From Parcubacteria group bacterium CG_4_9_14_0_2_um_filter_35_11 (lineage in GTDB: Bacteria; Patescibacteriota; Minisyncoccia; Minisyncoccales; GCA-002788555): a DNA stretch of 25,265 bases. The stretch spans positions 1 to 25,265 of the forward strand of contig PFRL01000055.1 of the NCBI GenBank assembly GCA_002788555.1, given 5' to 3'. Below the pieces are notes generated by a model. The model was not told the origin of the DNA, did no database searches, and saw only the letters and a program-made list of their open reading frames with translations. The translations under genes were made by a program, and so were the position numbers. Positions within the stretch are counted from its first letter, which is position 1; every line of letters starts with the position of its first letter. Shown here piece by piece: positions 1-9,171 of this stretch.

Positions 1-1709
<1,709 letters not shown>

Positions 1710-1997
1710 TTACTCTATAATTGCTAAAATGTCTTCACCTTTTGCAATCAAATATTTTTTATCATCGACCTTTATTTCGTCAGGACCATATTTTCTGAAG
1801 AGGACAATGTTTCCCTTTTTAACTCCTGGCTCAACTATTTTCCCAGAAGATAAATGTTTGCCTGGTCCGACGGCAATAACTTTTCCCTGCTGAGGCTCTT
1901 TTTCAGCCGTATCAGGAAGAACAATTCCTCCTTTCGATTTTTTTTCTTCTTCTAAAGGTTCAATTAAAATATAATCTTGAAGAGGTTTTATTTTCAT
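1710..1997 (-). CDS. groES: Co-chaperonin GroES
   Basis: 95 aa, MKIKPLQDYILIE...GGIVLPDTA.KEPQQGKVIAVGPG...GNIVLFRKYG; adjacent to groEL. Confidence 0.99.
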   Translation of the reverse strand: MKIKPLQDYILIEPLEEEKKSKGGIVLPDTAEKEPQQGKVIAVGPGKHLSSGKIVEPGVKKGNIVLFRKYGPDEIKVDDKKYLIAKGEDILAIIE

Positions 1998-2004
1998 AAA
2001 TCTT

Positions 2005-2166
2005 CTACTAATTTACGAATAGCTTACGAATATACCCGAAAGCGGTGTACGAATATAAATGCGCTTTCGGATACGAATTTCTTTAAGTTATTCGTAGCCG
2101 ATTGCCTAAATTCACAAATTCGTACTCTGGCAATCGGTATATTCGTACTGATTCGTAAATTCGTAG
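2005..2166 (-). repeat. Structured groES 5' leader of nested inverted repeats (TACGAAT x4, ATTCGTA x5)
   Basis: Stems read from the sequence: 2005-2020/2151-2166 (15 of 16 bp), 2025-2035/2137-2147 (11 bp), 2036-2044/2062-2070 (9 bp), 2072-2078/2090-2096 (7 bp), 2098-2106/2129-2137 (9 bp). Confidence 0.85.
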
Positions 2167-2170
2167 TGTA

Positions 2171-2197
2171 TTAGCAGTCTCGACCTTTAAGTGCTAA
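2171..2197. promoter_or_regulatory. CIRCE operator (HrcA binding site)
   Basis: TTAGCAGTC-N9-AAGTGCTAA versus the consensus TTAGCACTC-N9-GAGTGCTAA, one mismatch per arm. It sits just downstream of a sigma70-type promoter and upstream of groES. Confidence 0.92.
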
Positions 2198-2203
2198 ATC
2201 AAA

Positions 2204-2231
2204 ATTTTAGAAGATTTTAAAATCTTGTCAA
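2204..2231 (-). promoter_or_regulatory. Sigma70/SigA-type promoter of groESL
   Basis: Minus strand TTGACA (2231-2226), 16-nt spacer, TAAAAT (2209-2204), with CIRCE starting about 7 nt further on. Confidence 0.8.
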
Positions 2232-2245
2232 GTCTCCTCCAACAA

Positions 2246-3949
2246 TTATTTTGTGAAATACCATTTTAAGACCTCCTTTGCAATTGGAAGAGCTATTTTT
2301 TCTCCACTGCCTCCATATTCTATCATTACTAATAAAAGAATTTTTGGTTTCTCATAAGGGGCGAAAGAAACAAACCAGGCGTGGGGTTCTTTATTGCCAG
2401 GCGCTTCAGCAGTCCCTGTTTTTCCAGCCGAACTTACCGGTAAAGATAAAAGTTGCCGACAAGAACCAGTCAAAACACACTCCCTCATTGCTTTTCTGAC
2501 GCTCTCAATATTCTCTTTTTGAATAAAATTTTCTCTCAAAACTTTGGGGTTGATATCTACAATTGTTTTTCCGCCCAAATTGACAATTTTATTGACAATT
2601 TGAGGCTGGTATATCTTCCCTCCGTTAGCAATAGACGATAAAGCCACTGCTAAATGTAATGGCGTAGTAAAGAAATACCCCTGACCTATCGAAACATCAT
2701 AGACATCGGCAACAGACCACTGTCTTTTTTCTATTTTCTCTTTTTTCTCTTTAAACCACTGAGGGGTTGGGATAAAACTAACCTTCTCGCCAGGAATATC
2801 TATTTTCAGTTCTTCCTCAAGATAAAAAAAATCTAAATATTTTTTAATCCGGGAGATTCCCAGTCCATCAATATCGCCATACCCTCCTCCTACCGTAAAA
2901 AAATAGACATTACAGGATTGGGCAATTGCTTTATCCAAGCTAGTTATACCATGTGTCCTCCAGTCTTTTTTGATAGAGGGCTTTAATGGATTCCAAGGAT
3001 TAGGAATAATTACTCTTCCTTGGCAATTAATTTGGGTCTTGGGAGTAATTATTCTTTCTTCTAGGCCTGCCGCTGCGATAAGCGGTTTTATTGTTGAGCC
3101 AGAAGGATAAAGGCCGGAAAGCACCCAATTAGGATTGTTAATCTTCTTCTCCTTTTCTAATTTCGCTAGCTTCTCTTCTGATAATCTTTGAGAATAAACA
3201 TTATTATCGTCTGAAGGCAGAGAGACCAAAGCTAAAATACTGCCATCTTGAGGATTTAAAGCTATGGCCGCGGCATTTTTATTTCCCGCTCTTTTTTTTA
3301 TCTCATCATAAATTTTCTTTTGAAGTTTTACATTAATATTGAGAATAAGATTATCCCCTTGTAAAGGCTCTTTTTTTAACTTGTCTGACAAAAGTTCTCC
3401 TTTGGCATTGATTATTTTCTCTCTCATCCCTTTTTCTCCTCTTAAATACTCCTCGTAGGTTTTTTCTAAACCATTTTTTCCTATCCAGTCACCGAGCTGA
3501 TAGTAAGTAGGATCACTTTCTATTTCTTCTTCAGCAGCTTCTCGGGTATAACCAAGAATCGGAGAGAAATAGAAATTTTCCGGATAATATCGAAGAAAAG
3601 ATTTCTTTTCTTCTTTATCTTTCTTCTCAATGTTTTTTACTAAAGGAAAGTTGTCTTGAGAGTAGATGATTCCCCGTGGAGCTTCTGTATAAACGACTCT
3701 TAAATAATTATCTGTAGCTCGAGCGGTAAATTCTCCTCCTTTTATTTCTATCAAATAAAAAGCCCTTACAAAAAGCGAGAGTGAAAAGATTGAGAGAAAA
3801 ATAAAAATAATAAGAAAAACCGTATCTTTAATAGGAACTTCGAGCCTTCCTTTCTCTTCCTTTTTTGTTTCTTCTGAATCAAGTAAAGTTTCTTCCGGTT
3901 CCAATTCCTCTTTAATTTGAGTTCTCACTTTGTATTTATATTTTTCCAT
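2246..3949 (-). CDS. mrdA: Class B penicillin-binding protein (PBP2/MrdA-like transpeptidase)
   Basis: N-terminal TM helix; catalytic motifs SxxK (GSTIKP), SxN (QSCNVYF) and KTG (AGKTGTAE); G(K)xGLE pedestal motif. Confidence 0.9.
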   Translation of the reverse strand: MEKYKYKVRTQIKEELEPEETLLDSEETKKEEKGRLEVPIKDTVFLIIFIFLSIFSLSLFVRAFYLIEIKGGEFTARATDNYLRVVYTEAPRGIIYSQDNFPLVKNIEKKDKEEKKSFLRYYPENFYFSPILGYTREAAEEEIESDPTYYQLGDWIGKNGLEKTYEEYLRGEKGMREKIINAKGELLSDKLKKEPLQGDNLILNINVKLQKKIYDEIKKRAGNKNAAAIALNPQDGSILALVSLPSDDNNVYSQRLSEEKLAKLEKEKKINNPNWVLSGLYPSGSTIKPLIAAAGLEERIITPKTQINCQGRVIIPNPWNPLKPSIKKDWRTHGITSLDKAIAQSCNVYFFTVGGGYGDIDGLGISRIKKYLDFFYLEEELKIDIPGEKVSFIPTPQWFKEKKEKIEKRQWSVADVYDVSIGQGYFFTTPLHLAVALSSIANGGKIYQPQIVNKIVNLGGKTIVDINPKVLRENFIQKENIESVRKAMRECVLTGSCRQLLSLPVSSAGKTGTAEAPGNKEPHAWFVSFAPYEKPKILLLVMIEYGGSGEKIALPIAKEVLKWYFTK

Positions 3950-4004
3950 ATATCTGTCCTCAAATTATATTAAAAAATTCTCTCTAAAAAGAGAACGTGC
4001 CTTT

Positions 4005-4382
4005 TCAGAACTTTAGGGGTTCCCTTTTCAATTTTTCTATTTCCTCTTCAATTTCGGACCTTATTTCTTCGGGAATAGGTATTGCTTTGCCGACCGGACT
4101 TCTGCCCGGGTAGCGCCAGCAGGAAATAATTCTAATTTTTGATTTCTTATTACTAAAATCTAATATTTTTTGATACATCACCCAAATTTCATGAGGCCGC
4201 TTTTTAGAGCCAGCTAGTTGCATTATGGCAATTGTTTCGGGAGCAATTCCTTCTTCTACTCTTTTTGGATTCCTCCAAACTCTTTTAACTCTACTCTCTG
4301 AGAGTCCATAAAATTTCATTTTTTCAATTGAGTGTTTTGTCCAAGAAAGTTCTCTTGTCCCCCTGGGAATTCTAAACTTCAT
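4005..4382 (-). CDS. Hypothetical protein, possibly DUF4258/RelE-BrnT-like fold
   Basis: Open frame; likely start is MKFRIP at 4382 (track start 4403). The pattern WTKHS..KM...GLS..RV......P...E...IWVMYQ...RIIS.WR resembles DUF4258-type small RNase folds (recognition from memory only). Confidence 0.6.
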   Translation of the reverse strand: MKFRIPRGTRELSWTKHSIEKMKFYGLSESRVKRVWRNPKRVEEGIAPETIAIMQLAGSKKRPHEIWVMYQKILDFSNKKSKIRIISCWRYPGRSPVGKAIPIPEEIRSEIEEEIEKLKREPLKF

Positions 4383-4442
4383 ATCCAAAATGACGCAAGA
4401 CAAATTCTTTACCGAAATTTTTTTAAAAAGACATTTATAAAA

Positions 4443-5321
4443 TTAAGCTTCGCACCAAGCACAAATTAAACTACCAGGACCAACGTGGGCTCCAATTACA
4501 GCTGAAATAGGATGTAAAAAAGCAATCTCGATATTCTCCAATTTCGTTTCAATCATCTCCTTTAGCCTTTGGGTATCTTTCAAATTATCGGCGTGGGTGA
4601 GTGCTACTTTAATCTTTTTGCCAATTTTTCTTTCTTTTTCCGTTTCTTTCTCGATCTCGCGGAGCAAGGCCGTCGGTCTGTCTTTAGCTCTCATTTTCAG
4701 GGCGACTGAAGTAACTACTCCGTCTTTTAACCCCAAAAGAGGTCTCATGCCAATTTTAGCCATCTGCCTTACTAAAGAAGCCAGTGTATGAGTCATCCTT
4801 CCACCGGCTTCTAGCCATTTGGGATCTTCCAGCATTCCAAAAAGGTGAATTTTAGGGGTGAATTCTTTTAATATTTTTATAATCTCTTCTACTTTGTAAC
4901 CACTTTCAATTAATTCAACTGCTTTAAAAACAAAGAGTCCTTCGCCAGCAGTAACATTGAGGGAATCGATAACAAAAACTCTTTTTTGTTCATCTTCTTT
5001 TAGTAAACCTCTTGCCTGAAGGGCTGAATTATAACCTCCGGAAATCCCAGAAGAAAGAGTGGTGCAGAGGATTTTCGCAGAATTTTTAAGTCTTTCTTCA
5101 AAATTTTTTTTAAAAGTCCAGGGAGAAGGCTGCGAAGTCTTGGGAAAAGTTTTAAGCCCTCGCTCTTTTGCCTCTCTCATTTTTTGATAAATATTTTCTC
5201 CGGGAATATTTTCGCTTCCTTCCCAATTTATAATATAAGGAACAACTATTATTTGGTATTTTTTAATTAGCTCTTCAGGCACATCGGCACTTTCTCCGAT
5301 TATTAATCCGATTTTTCCCAT
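4443..5321 (-). CDS. DegV/FakB family fatty-acid-binding protein (copy 1)
   Basis: 292 aa with KTSQPS, SSGISGGYNSA, IDS, GGRM and IGAHVGPG motifs. Confidence 0.93.
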   Translation of the reverse strand: MGKIGLIIGESADVPEELIKKYQIIVVPYIINWEGSENIPGENIYQKMREAKERGLKTFPKTSQPSPWTFKKNFEERLKNSAKILCTTLSSGISGGYNSALQARGLLKEDEQKRVFVIDSLNVTAGEGLFVFKAVELIESGYKVEEIIKILKEFTPKIHLFGMLEDPKWLEAGGRMTHTLASLVRQMAKIGMRPLLGLKDGVVTSVALKMRAKDRPTALLREIEKETEKERKIGKKIKVALTHADNLKDTQRLKEMIETKLENIEIAFLHPISAVIGAHVGPGSLICAWCEA

Positions 5322-5379
5322 AACAATGCAATTTTATAAACCTGATTTATTTTGACCTTTTTATCTTAAAATTTTTTAA

Positions 5380-6261
5380 TTAAATTTCGCACCAGGCGCA
5401 AACTAAAGTTCCTGGTCCGACAATACTTCCAATGACATTATCAATTAAATTTAAAAAGGTTATCTCAATATTTTGGAACTCTTTTTGGAGCATTTCTTTT
5501 AATTTTTGAGCCTCGCTTGGGCAATCACCGTGGGTGATTACTATCCTAATTTTTTTACCCAATTTTCTTATTTTCTTTGTTTTTAAATCAAATTCTTTGA
5601 AAAGGGCACTGGGAACATCTTTGACTCCTGTCCTTATCCCAATGGCTGTGATTATTCCTTTTTTGACTCCAAGGAGAGGCCTCACACCAAGCTTGGACAT
5701 TTGTCTGACCCAGTTAGCTAAAAGATGAGAGATCCTTCCGCTAGCTTCTAGCCACTTGGGGTCTTCAAGCATACCAATAAGATGGATTTTGGGAATTAAT
5801 TTTTCCAATGCCATTATAATTTCTTCTATCTTTGCTCTCCCCTCTCTCAGGAAATCTATAGCCTTTAAGACAAGAAGGGCTTTACCTGCACTTCCATTTA
5901 AGGAATCAAGAACAAAGACTCTTTTTGAGTCCTCCTCCCCGAGGAAATTTTTCGCTTGGATTGCTGAATTATAAGTGCCTGAAAGTTTTGAGGTAATGGT
6001 AACACAAAGGATTTTCTCAAATTTTTCTAACTCTCTTTTGAAAATGCCGAGAAAATCTTTTGGGGAAGGTTGAGAGGTTTTAGTAAAGCTTTTAATTCCT
6101 CTTTTTTCTGCCGCTCTCATCTTCTGAAAAATATTTTTGCCTGGTAATTTCTCTACCTCTGGCCAATTAATCTTCAAAGGTACTACTGCTATTTGGTGTT
6201 TTTCAATTATCTCTCGGGGTAAATCAGCTCCTCCGTCAATAATAAGTCCAATTTCCCCCAT
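5380..6261 (-). CDS. DegV/FakB family fatty-acid-binding protein (copy 2)
   Basis: KTSQPS, TSKLSGTYNSA, LDS, SGRI and IGSIVGPG motifs. Start placed at MGEIGLII (6261) by alignment to copy 1 (MGKIGLII), which also removes the overlap with the HAD gene. Confidence 0.93.
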   Translation of the reverse strand: MGEIGLIIDGGADLPREIIEKHQIAVVPLKINWPEVEKLPGKNIFQKMRAAEKRGIKSFTKTSQPSPKDFLGIFKRELEKFEKILCVTITSKLSGTYNSAIQAKNFLGEEDSKRVFVLDSLNGSAGKALLVLKAIDFLREGRAKIEEIIMALEKLIPKIHLIGMLEDPKWLEASGRISHLLANWVRQMSKLGVRPLLGVKKGIITAIGIRTGVKDVPSALFKEFDLKTKKIRKLGKKIRIVITHGDCPSEAQKLKEMLQKEFQNIEITFLNLIDNVIGSIVGPGTLVCAWCEI

Positions 6262-6269
6262 AGTTTTAA

Positions 6270-7064
6270 TTAAGATTGCAAGGTCTCCCAACTGTTTTTA
6301 GAGGCGATTTTTAATAACTCTTTATCTGGCTCAACTACTACTGGATGACCCACTAATTTTAACATTGGCAAATCAAAAATGCTATCTGAATAAGCAAAAC
6401 TTTCTTTAAAATTAACTTTTAATTTTTTTTGGGAAAGAAAGTTTTCCAATTTTTCTACTTTTTGTTTGCCAAAACATAAAGGAGGAACAATTCTGCCAGA
6501 GAATTTATCTTTTTTAATTTCCAATTTTGTACCAATTGCGAAGTTGATATTAAGTTGATTTGCAATAATATTTAAAAGTCCCTGAAAACTTCCAGAAAGC
6601 AAAATAGTGGAAAAACCTTTTTTTTGATGTTCTTTTAGTCTTTTTAGAATATTCTTTTTTATACTTGGCAGAAGATATTCCTTGGCTAACCATTGAAAAA
6701 AAATAGAAGTTTTTCTTTGATTTTTTCCTTTTATCATTGTCGCTATATCTTGCCCCCAACTTTTATAATATTCTTCTTGAGAAAGAAAACCAATCTTCCA
6801 AAAAGGAATCAAGGCCATATGATAAAATATATACCAAAAAACTGGAAAGAGATTCTCTTTTTCTTTTAAATTGTATTTAACAATACCTAACCAGACATGG
6901 CGGCTTACTAAAGTCCCATCCAAATCAAAAATGGCAACCTTTACCCCGTTAGAAAGCTCCACCTTTTGGGATGGAGATGAATTAGATATTCCACCCTTGT
7001 TTCTAGAGAGAATGGAACCTGAAGCCATATTCCTTCTAACGGGGTTTACTTCCTGGTTTCTCAT
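6270..7064 (-). CDS. HAD-IB family hydrolase (phosphoserine phosphatase-like) with a 35-aa N-terminal insertion
   Basis: Motif I FDLDGTL, motif II LLSGS, motif III Lys (GKQK), motif IV YSDSIFD, then HPVVV.PD. Confidence 0.9.
   Translation of the reverse strand: MRNQEVNPVRRNMASGSILSRNKGGISNSSPSQKVELSNGVKVAIFDLDGTLVSRHVWLGIVKYNLKEKENLFPVFWYIFYHMALIPFWKIGFLSQEEYYKSWGQDIATMIKGKNQRKTSIFFQWLAKEYLLPSIKKNILKRLKEHQKKGFSTILLSGSFQGLLNIIANQLNINFAIGTKLEIKKDKFSGRIVPPLCFGKQKVEKLENFLSQKKLKVNFKESFAYSDSIFDLPMLKLVGHPVVVEPDKELLKIASKNSWETLQS
6940..7048. mobile_element. MITE-like element: 101 bp, 11-bp terminal inverted repeats, 4-bp TTTA direct repeats, in frame inside the HAD gene
   Basis: TTTA(6940-43) | CCCCGTTAGAA(6944-54) ... 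TTCTAACGGGG(7034-44) | TTTA(7045-48). Removing the element plus one TTTA (105 bp, 35 codons) restores MRNQEVKVAIFDLDGT. Confidence 0.75.
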
Positions 7065-7067
7065 GTT

Positions 7068-7505
7068 TTAACTAATTTTTCTATGCGAGAAAAGGTTCTC
7101 AATTCTTCTTTTTTGACTAAAAGTAAAATGATGAACTGTGGGCATCCTCTTTTTTCTGTTATTGGAGATTGCTTTTTGACCACCCAAATAGAATCCTATA
7201 TGATAGTGACCCTTTTGCTTCTCCCATAAAATAATGCTTCCTTCTTTTGGTTTTTTTATTTCAAACCAGCCGGATTTTCTCATATCCTTTATTGTCCCGT
7301 CAACTGTTAGGTGAGGAGATTTAATTAGATTAAAATGGTAAAGGATTGATGAGACAAAGAAGGCACAAGAACGTCTTCCTTTGTCAGTTAAATTTATTTT
7401 TTTATTTTTAATTTTGCCGAAAAAATCACGGAAAATTTTTGTCCCCTGGCTATTTTTAATCATTGAAAGATAATTATCCTTGAAAAGAATTTGAATCTTT
7501 TCCAT
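7068..7505 (-). CDS. Small NlpC/P60-like (papain-fold) protein
   Basis: SCAFFVS nucleophile-Cys motif, G.I.LWE strand and GHYHIGFYLG His motif; no signal peptide seen. Confidence 0.6.
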   Translation of the reverse strand: MEKIQILFKDNYLSMIKNSQGTKIFRDFFGKIKNKKINLTDKGRRSCAFFVSSILYHFNLIKSPHLTVDGTIKDMRKSGWFEIKKPKEGSIILWEKQKGHYHIGFYLGGQKAISNNRKKRMPTVHHFTFSQKRRIENLFSHRKIS

Positions 7506-7509
7506 AAAG

Positions 7510-8736
7510 TTATTTGGTACTTATCTTAGCGAACCGCCTTTTACCGACTTTTATAACCATTTTTTCTTTGATTGTAATCTTCTCCCTCCAATCTTCCATA
7601 ACTTTACCATCTATTTCTACTCCCTTTTGCAAAATTAGTCTTTTTGCTTCACTTTTTGATTTAGCGAACTTTAAATCAATCAGAAGATTAACTAAAGGAT
7701 AGAATTTGTGAGGAATAATAAAAATTGGCATTTTAGAAGGGACTTTTTTCTTTTTGAAAACTTGTTCAAATTCTCTCTTAGCAATTTTTGAACTTTTTTC
7801 TCCATGGTAGAGAGCCACTATCTCTTGGGCCAATTTTGCTTTAACTTTGGCAGGGTTTATCTTTTTCATCTTTAGTAATTTTTCTATTCTTTGAATCTCT
7901 CTGCCAGGAACCTCGGTACATAACTCAAAACAGGTAATTATTACTTCGTCAGGCAAAGCCATTACTTTGCCATATATTTCTGGGGCTGAGTTATCAAGAG
8001 CAATAAAATTGCCTTCACTTTTGGACATTAATTTCTTTTTAGTTTTTGGATTGACAAGAAGCTTAGTTGCAATCACCAATTTTTCTCTTTTCTGATAAAT
8101 TTTTACCAGGTCTCTACCTATAAGCATATTAAATGTCTGGTCGTTCCCGCCAATCTCAATATCAGCATTTAGCGCTACCGAGTCATAACCTTGTAAAAGA
8201 GGGTATAAAAATTCATGGAGATAAATTTCTTTTCCTTCTTTTATTCTTTTTTGGAACATATCTCTTTTTATCAGCTTACCAATGGTAATTTTTGAGGTAA
8301 GACCAATTATTTTTTCGAAGGTTAATTTCGAAAGCCATCTGCTATTGAATTTTATTTCTACCGGATTTTCTTTGGAATAAAAATCTAAAATCCTTCCTGC
8401 CTGATGTTCATAACTCTTACAATTGTAGAGAATATCTTTTTTGAGCATTGCCTTCCTTAATGACAATCTGCCTGTCGGATCGCCAATCTGGGCTGTAAAA
8501 TCTCCAGTTAAAAAGACAACTTTGTGCCCCAGCTGTTGAAATTTCTTTAATAAAAGAAAATTGGTAGAGTGGCCGAGATGTAATTTTGGTCCGGTAGGAT
8601 CAATACCAATATAAATAGTTAATCTTCTTCCGGAAGCTAAAAATCTTTTCAAAGCTACCTTTGAAGGCCAGATTTTCTCAATATAACGAGAAGAGAGAAT
8701 TTCTTCTATTGTTTTAGGACTGCCATCTATTTTCAT
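7510..8736 (-). CDS. tyrS: Tyrosyl-tRNA synthetase
   Basis: YIGIDPTG..LHLGH, EFLYPLLQGYD, GG.DQTFN, (L)MSKS and a C-terminal S4 domain. Start likely MKIDG at 8736 rather than 8784. Confidence 0.97.
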   Translation of the reverse strand: MKIDGSPKTIEEILSSRYIEKIWPSKVALKRFLASGRRLTIYIGIDPTGPKLHLGHSTNFLLLKKFQQLGHKVVFLTGDFTAQIGDPTGRLSLRKAMLKKDILYNCKSYEHQAGRILDFYSKENPVEIKFNSRWLSKLTFEKIIGLTSKITIGKLIKRDMFQKRIKEGKEIYLHEFLYPLLQGYDSVALNADIEIGGNDQTFNMLIGRDLVKIYQKREKLVIATKLLVNPKTKKKLMSKSEGNFIALDNSAPEIYGKVMALPDEVIITCFELCTEVPGREIQRIEKLLKMKKINPAKVKAKLAQEIVALYHGEKSSKIAKREFEQVFKKKKVPSKMPIFIIPHKFYPLVNLLIDLKFAKSKSEAKRLILQKGVEIDGKVMEDWREKITIKEKMVIKVGKRRFAKISTK

Positions 8737-8869
8737 AGTAAAATTGATAAGGAAATTGATTTCTATAATTATAAATGATAGCATAAATTATACTTTTGAC
8801 CAATAATTAAAAACCCCATTTTGATATAGCGGGGGTAAGAAATTTAATCTTTTTGTGGGAAATTCTAAA

Positions 8870-8888
8870 CTTTGCGCTTTGCGCAAAG
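8870..8888. repeat. Perfect hairpin CTTTGCGC-TTT-GCGCAAAG downstream of tRNA-Ala
   Basis: 8-bp stem, 3-nt loop, at the edge of a GC-rich patch. Could be a terminator-like or REP-like element. Confidence 0.5.
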
Positions 8889-8949
8889 CCACCGAGCCGA
8901 GCAGCGAAGCCGCGAGGCAATCCTCTCATCAAACGGCGAAAGTTGCGAT

Positions 8950-9023
8950 TGGTGGACCCGCGGGGACTTGAACCCCGGACTCATCCATGCCATGGATGCG
9001 TGTTACCACTATACCACGGGCCC
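8950..9023 (-). tRNA. tRNA-Ala(GGC)
   Basis: GGGCCCG acceptor with G3:U70, anticodon arm CATCC-ATGGCAT-GGATG, T arm CGGGG-TTCAAGT-CCCCG, A73, encoded CCA. Confidence 0.96.
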
Positions 9024-9062
9024 TCTTCGCTTCACTCAGAGTAGACTACAAGTTCACACTGA

Positions 9063-9081
9063 GGTGGTCTCTAAGACCACC
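9063..9081. repeat. Perfect hairpin GGTGGTCT-CTA-AGACCACC between the two tRNAs
   Basis: 8-bp stem and 3-nt loop, starting 4 nt past the tRNA-Arg discriminator. Confidence 0.5.
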
Positions 9082-9085
9082 GAAG

Positions 9086-9160
9086 TGCCCCCAGGAGGAC
9101 TCGAACCTCCAACCTTTCCCTTAGGACGGGACTGCTCTAATCCAATTGAGCTACGGGGGC
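9086..9160 (-). tRNA. tRNA-Arg(CCT), CCA not encoded
   Basis: GCCCCCG/TGGGGGC acceptor, D arm GCTC-AATTGGATTA-GAGC with the Arg identity A20, anticodon loop GT-CCT-AA, T arm GGAGG-TTCGAGT-CCTCC. Confidence 0.93.
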
Positions 9161-9171
9161 TTATTTATTAA

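Noticed and set aside
1977-2174. 65-aa plus-strand ORF across the groES leader
   Set aside because: A product of the low-complexity TACGAAT repeats, with no recognisable protein features.
3972-3995. TTCTCT/AGAGAA hairpin with a U-tract upstream of PBP2 as a terminator
   Set aside because: A 6-bp AU-rich stem is too weak to call.
6871-7071. 66-aa plus-strand ORF spanning the MITE
   Set aside because: Antisense to the HAD gene, with no transposase features and too short.
8872-9171. Plus-strand ORFs 8853-9044 and 8872-9171
   Set aside because: They are antisense translations of the two tRNA genes.
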